This document shows positions 63,082 to 64,000 of a stretch of DNA of 64,000 bases, one piece after another. The position numbers and the translations under genes were made by a program. The notes below the pieces were generated by a model. The model was not told where the DNA came from. It saw only the letters and a list, made by a program, of their open reading frames with translations, and searched no databases. The stretch comes from an uncultured Methanomassiliicoccales archaeon (GTDB lineage Archaea > Thermoplasmatota > Thermoplasmata > Methanomassiliicoccales > UBA472): assembly GCA_963755265.1 (NCBI GenBank), contig CAVWKV010000101.1:260-64259 (forward strand), written 5' to 3'. Every line of letters begins with the position of its first letter. Positions within the stretch are counted from its first letter, which is position 1.

Positions 63082-64000
63082 TCACACATATTTCATTATG
63101 TTCCAGCGGCGGTTCAGGAGGATCTGCGCTTTCAGTGGATCAATGACCCCCCCGGTGTCAAGGTCGGAGGGGAAAGAAAGGCTGATAGAACGCTCCACCC
63201 TGTGACCAGCGATCATATCGATCGTTCCTTGCTTCTTCGCATTAAGAATGATGGAATAATTGCCAGCGGCCAATAGTTTTTCGGGGATCTCCAATCTGGC
63301 TTCGTAGGTGCCTTGGTCCAGATGCTCGAACTTGGTCTCCCAATCCGAGAAGTATGAACGAATTAGCATGTCCCCCATGGCATTGTTCACTAGGATTCCC
63401 ATTCTTATTTGGTCGGAATCCGTCAGGACCCGGAATCGCAGGATGACGCTGAACGGATAGGTGCCATCTATGAGACTGGTGTCTTTATGGTTCTGCTGAA
63501 CTTCCATGCCGTCGATGGAGATATCTGCTGTCTCGACCGGGAATTTACCGTCTTGGGTTTCCAGGGAGAGAACATACTCTTCCATCACCTCATCGACCGA
63601 CCCCATTTTAACGATCTTCCCTGACCTCATCAAGATACCGGTTTTGCAGAGAGACTTTATGGCGTGCATGTCGTGGCTTACAAAGATCACGGTCCGCCCG
63701 TTGTTCGACACTTCCTTCATCTTCCCCAGGCATTTTTTCTGGAACTGCTGATCGCCTACCGCCAGCACTTCGTCGGCGATCAGTATGTCAGGATCGAGGT
63801 GGGCCGCTACGGAGAAGGCCAGACGCAGGTACATGCCGGAGGAGAACCTTTTGATTGGAGTATCTAAGAACTTTTCCACCTCGGCGAACTTGACTATGTC
63901 GTCGAACTTGTACTCGATCTCTTTTTTTCTCATCCCTAGTATTGCGCCGTTCAAGAAAATGTTCTCCCGGCCGGTCAGGTCTGGATGGAACCCTGTACCC
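63082..64000 (-). CDS. Polysaccharide/teichoic-acid-type ABC exporter ATP-binding protein (TagH/Wzt-like) with C-terminal glycan-binding-like domain; 5' end outside window
   Basis: The frame stays open to the window edge (GTGFHPDLTGRENIFLNGAILGM). Signature FSSGMYLRLAF, Walker B ILIADEVLAVGD, H-loop FVSHDM. A beta-rich C-terminal extension of about 130 aa. Confidence 0.8.
   Translation of the reverse strand, partial: GTGFHPDLTGRENIFLNGAILGMRKKEIEYKFDDIVKFAEVEKFLDTPIKRFSSGMYLRLAFSVAAHLDPDILIADEVLAVGDQQFQKKCLGKMKEVSNNGRTVIFVSHDMHAIKSLCKTGILMRSGKIVKMGSVDEVMEEYVLSLETQDGKFPVETADISIDGMEVQQNHKDTSLIDGTYPFSVILRFRVLTDSDQIRMGILVNNAMGDMLIRSYFSDWETKFEHLDQGTYEARLEIPEKLLAAGNYSIILNAKKQGTIDMIAGHRVERSISLSFPSDLDTGGVIDPLKAQILLNRRWNIMKYV

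Noticed and set aside
1-64000. CRISPR arrays, cas genes, restriction-modification, toxin-antitoxin or other defence islands; rRNA operons; IS elements
   Set aside because: No regularly spaced direct repeats, nuclease/helicase defence signatures, transposase or integrase motifs, or rRNA-like sequence were encountered on either strand.

Overview
This is a densely coding archaeal chromosomal segment with about 70 protein genes, 2 tRNAs and 1 tRNA fragment, mostly housekeeping. Archaeal identity rests on L15e, S15, aIF5A, Nop5, fibrillarin, an Sm protein, Kae1, CDP-archaeol synthase, a family-B DNA polymerase, a RecJ/GAN-like DHH protein, SMC-ScpA-ScpB and XPD. It is also supported by a tRNA-Val with a canonical-position intron in a bulge-helix-bulge fold, TATA-like promoter elements and many ATGA stop/start overlaps. 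Gene content suggests a Euryarchaeota/Thermoplasmatota-like organism of roughly mid-50s % G+C (hand counts on sample lines only). I cannot name a species. Blocks in order: GTPase and PolB; rpl15e; a ThiI-like gene; TauE, DUF1634, MFS and flavodoxin; tRNA-Leu with a small AT-rich islet; the ppk1-CHAD/HD-ppx polyphosphate operon; a stand-alone LigD-type phosphoesterase; glmM-glmU; an IMPase-NAD kinase-JAMM operon. Next comes a short accessory stretch: a DUF1801-like gene, a PEP-mobile-domain relic, a 301-aa unknown, and a wHTH gene with two small paralogous ORFs. Then fibrillarin-Nudix; rps15-recJ; kae1; tRNA-Val; a polyamine/MTA-themed block (aguB-aguA, an ArsR/V4R regulator, mtnA-aldolase, nop5, aIF5A-agmatinase); and a second phosphohexomutase. 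These are followed by DUF47 plus two ABC ATPases plus a fused double permease; a sugar nucleotidyltransferase; Sm; scpB-scpA-smc; and a glycan cluster (WbpD/E/B-like trio, GT4, two GT2). The window ends with udg-pyrE-carS-xpd; a YkoF-like gene; wecB; serA with a serC-like gene; and a Wzt/TagH-like ABC ATPase that runs off the window. I saw no rRNA, CRISPR array, transposase, integrase or recognisable defence system. Irregularities: single-nucleotide frame breaks in rpl15e, smc and a methyltransferase, and an in-frame stop in the PEP-mobile-domain remnant. Assembly error versus real decay cannot be resolved from sequence alone. I do not see a compelling novel multi-gene system. The best leads are the wHTH/small-paralog cassette (22.6-23.7 kb), the binding-protein-less ABC/DUF47 operon (36.8-41.3 kb), the CHAD-PPX-C fusion in the polyP operon and the tRNA-Leu islet. 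All family assignments come from motif recognition by eye, not from database searches.
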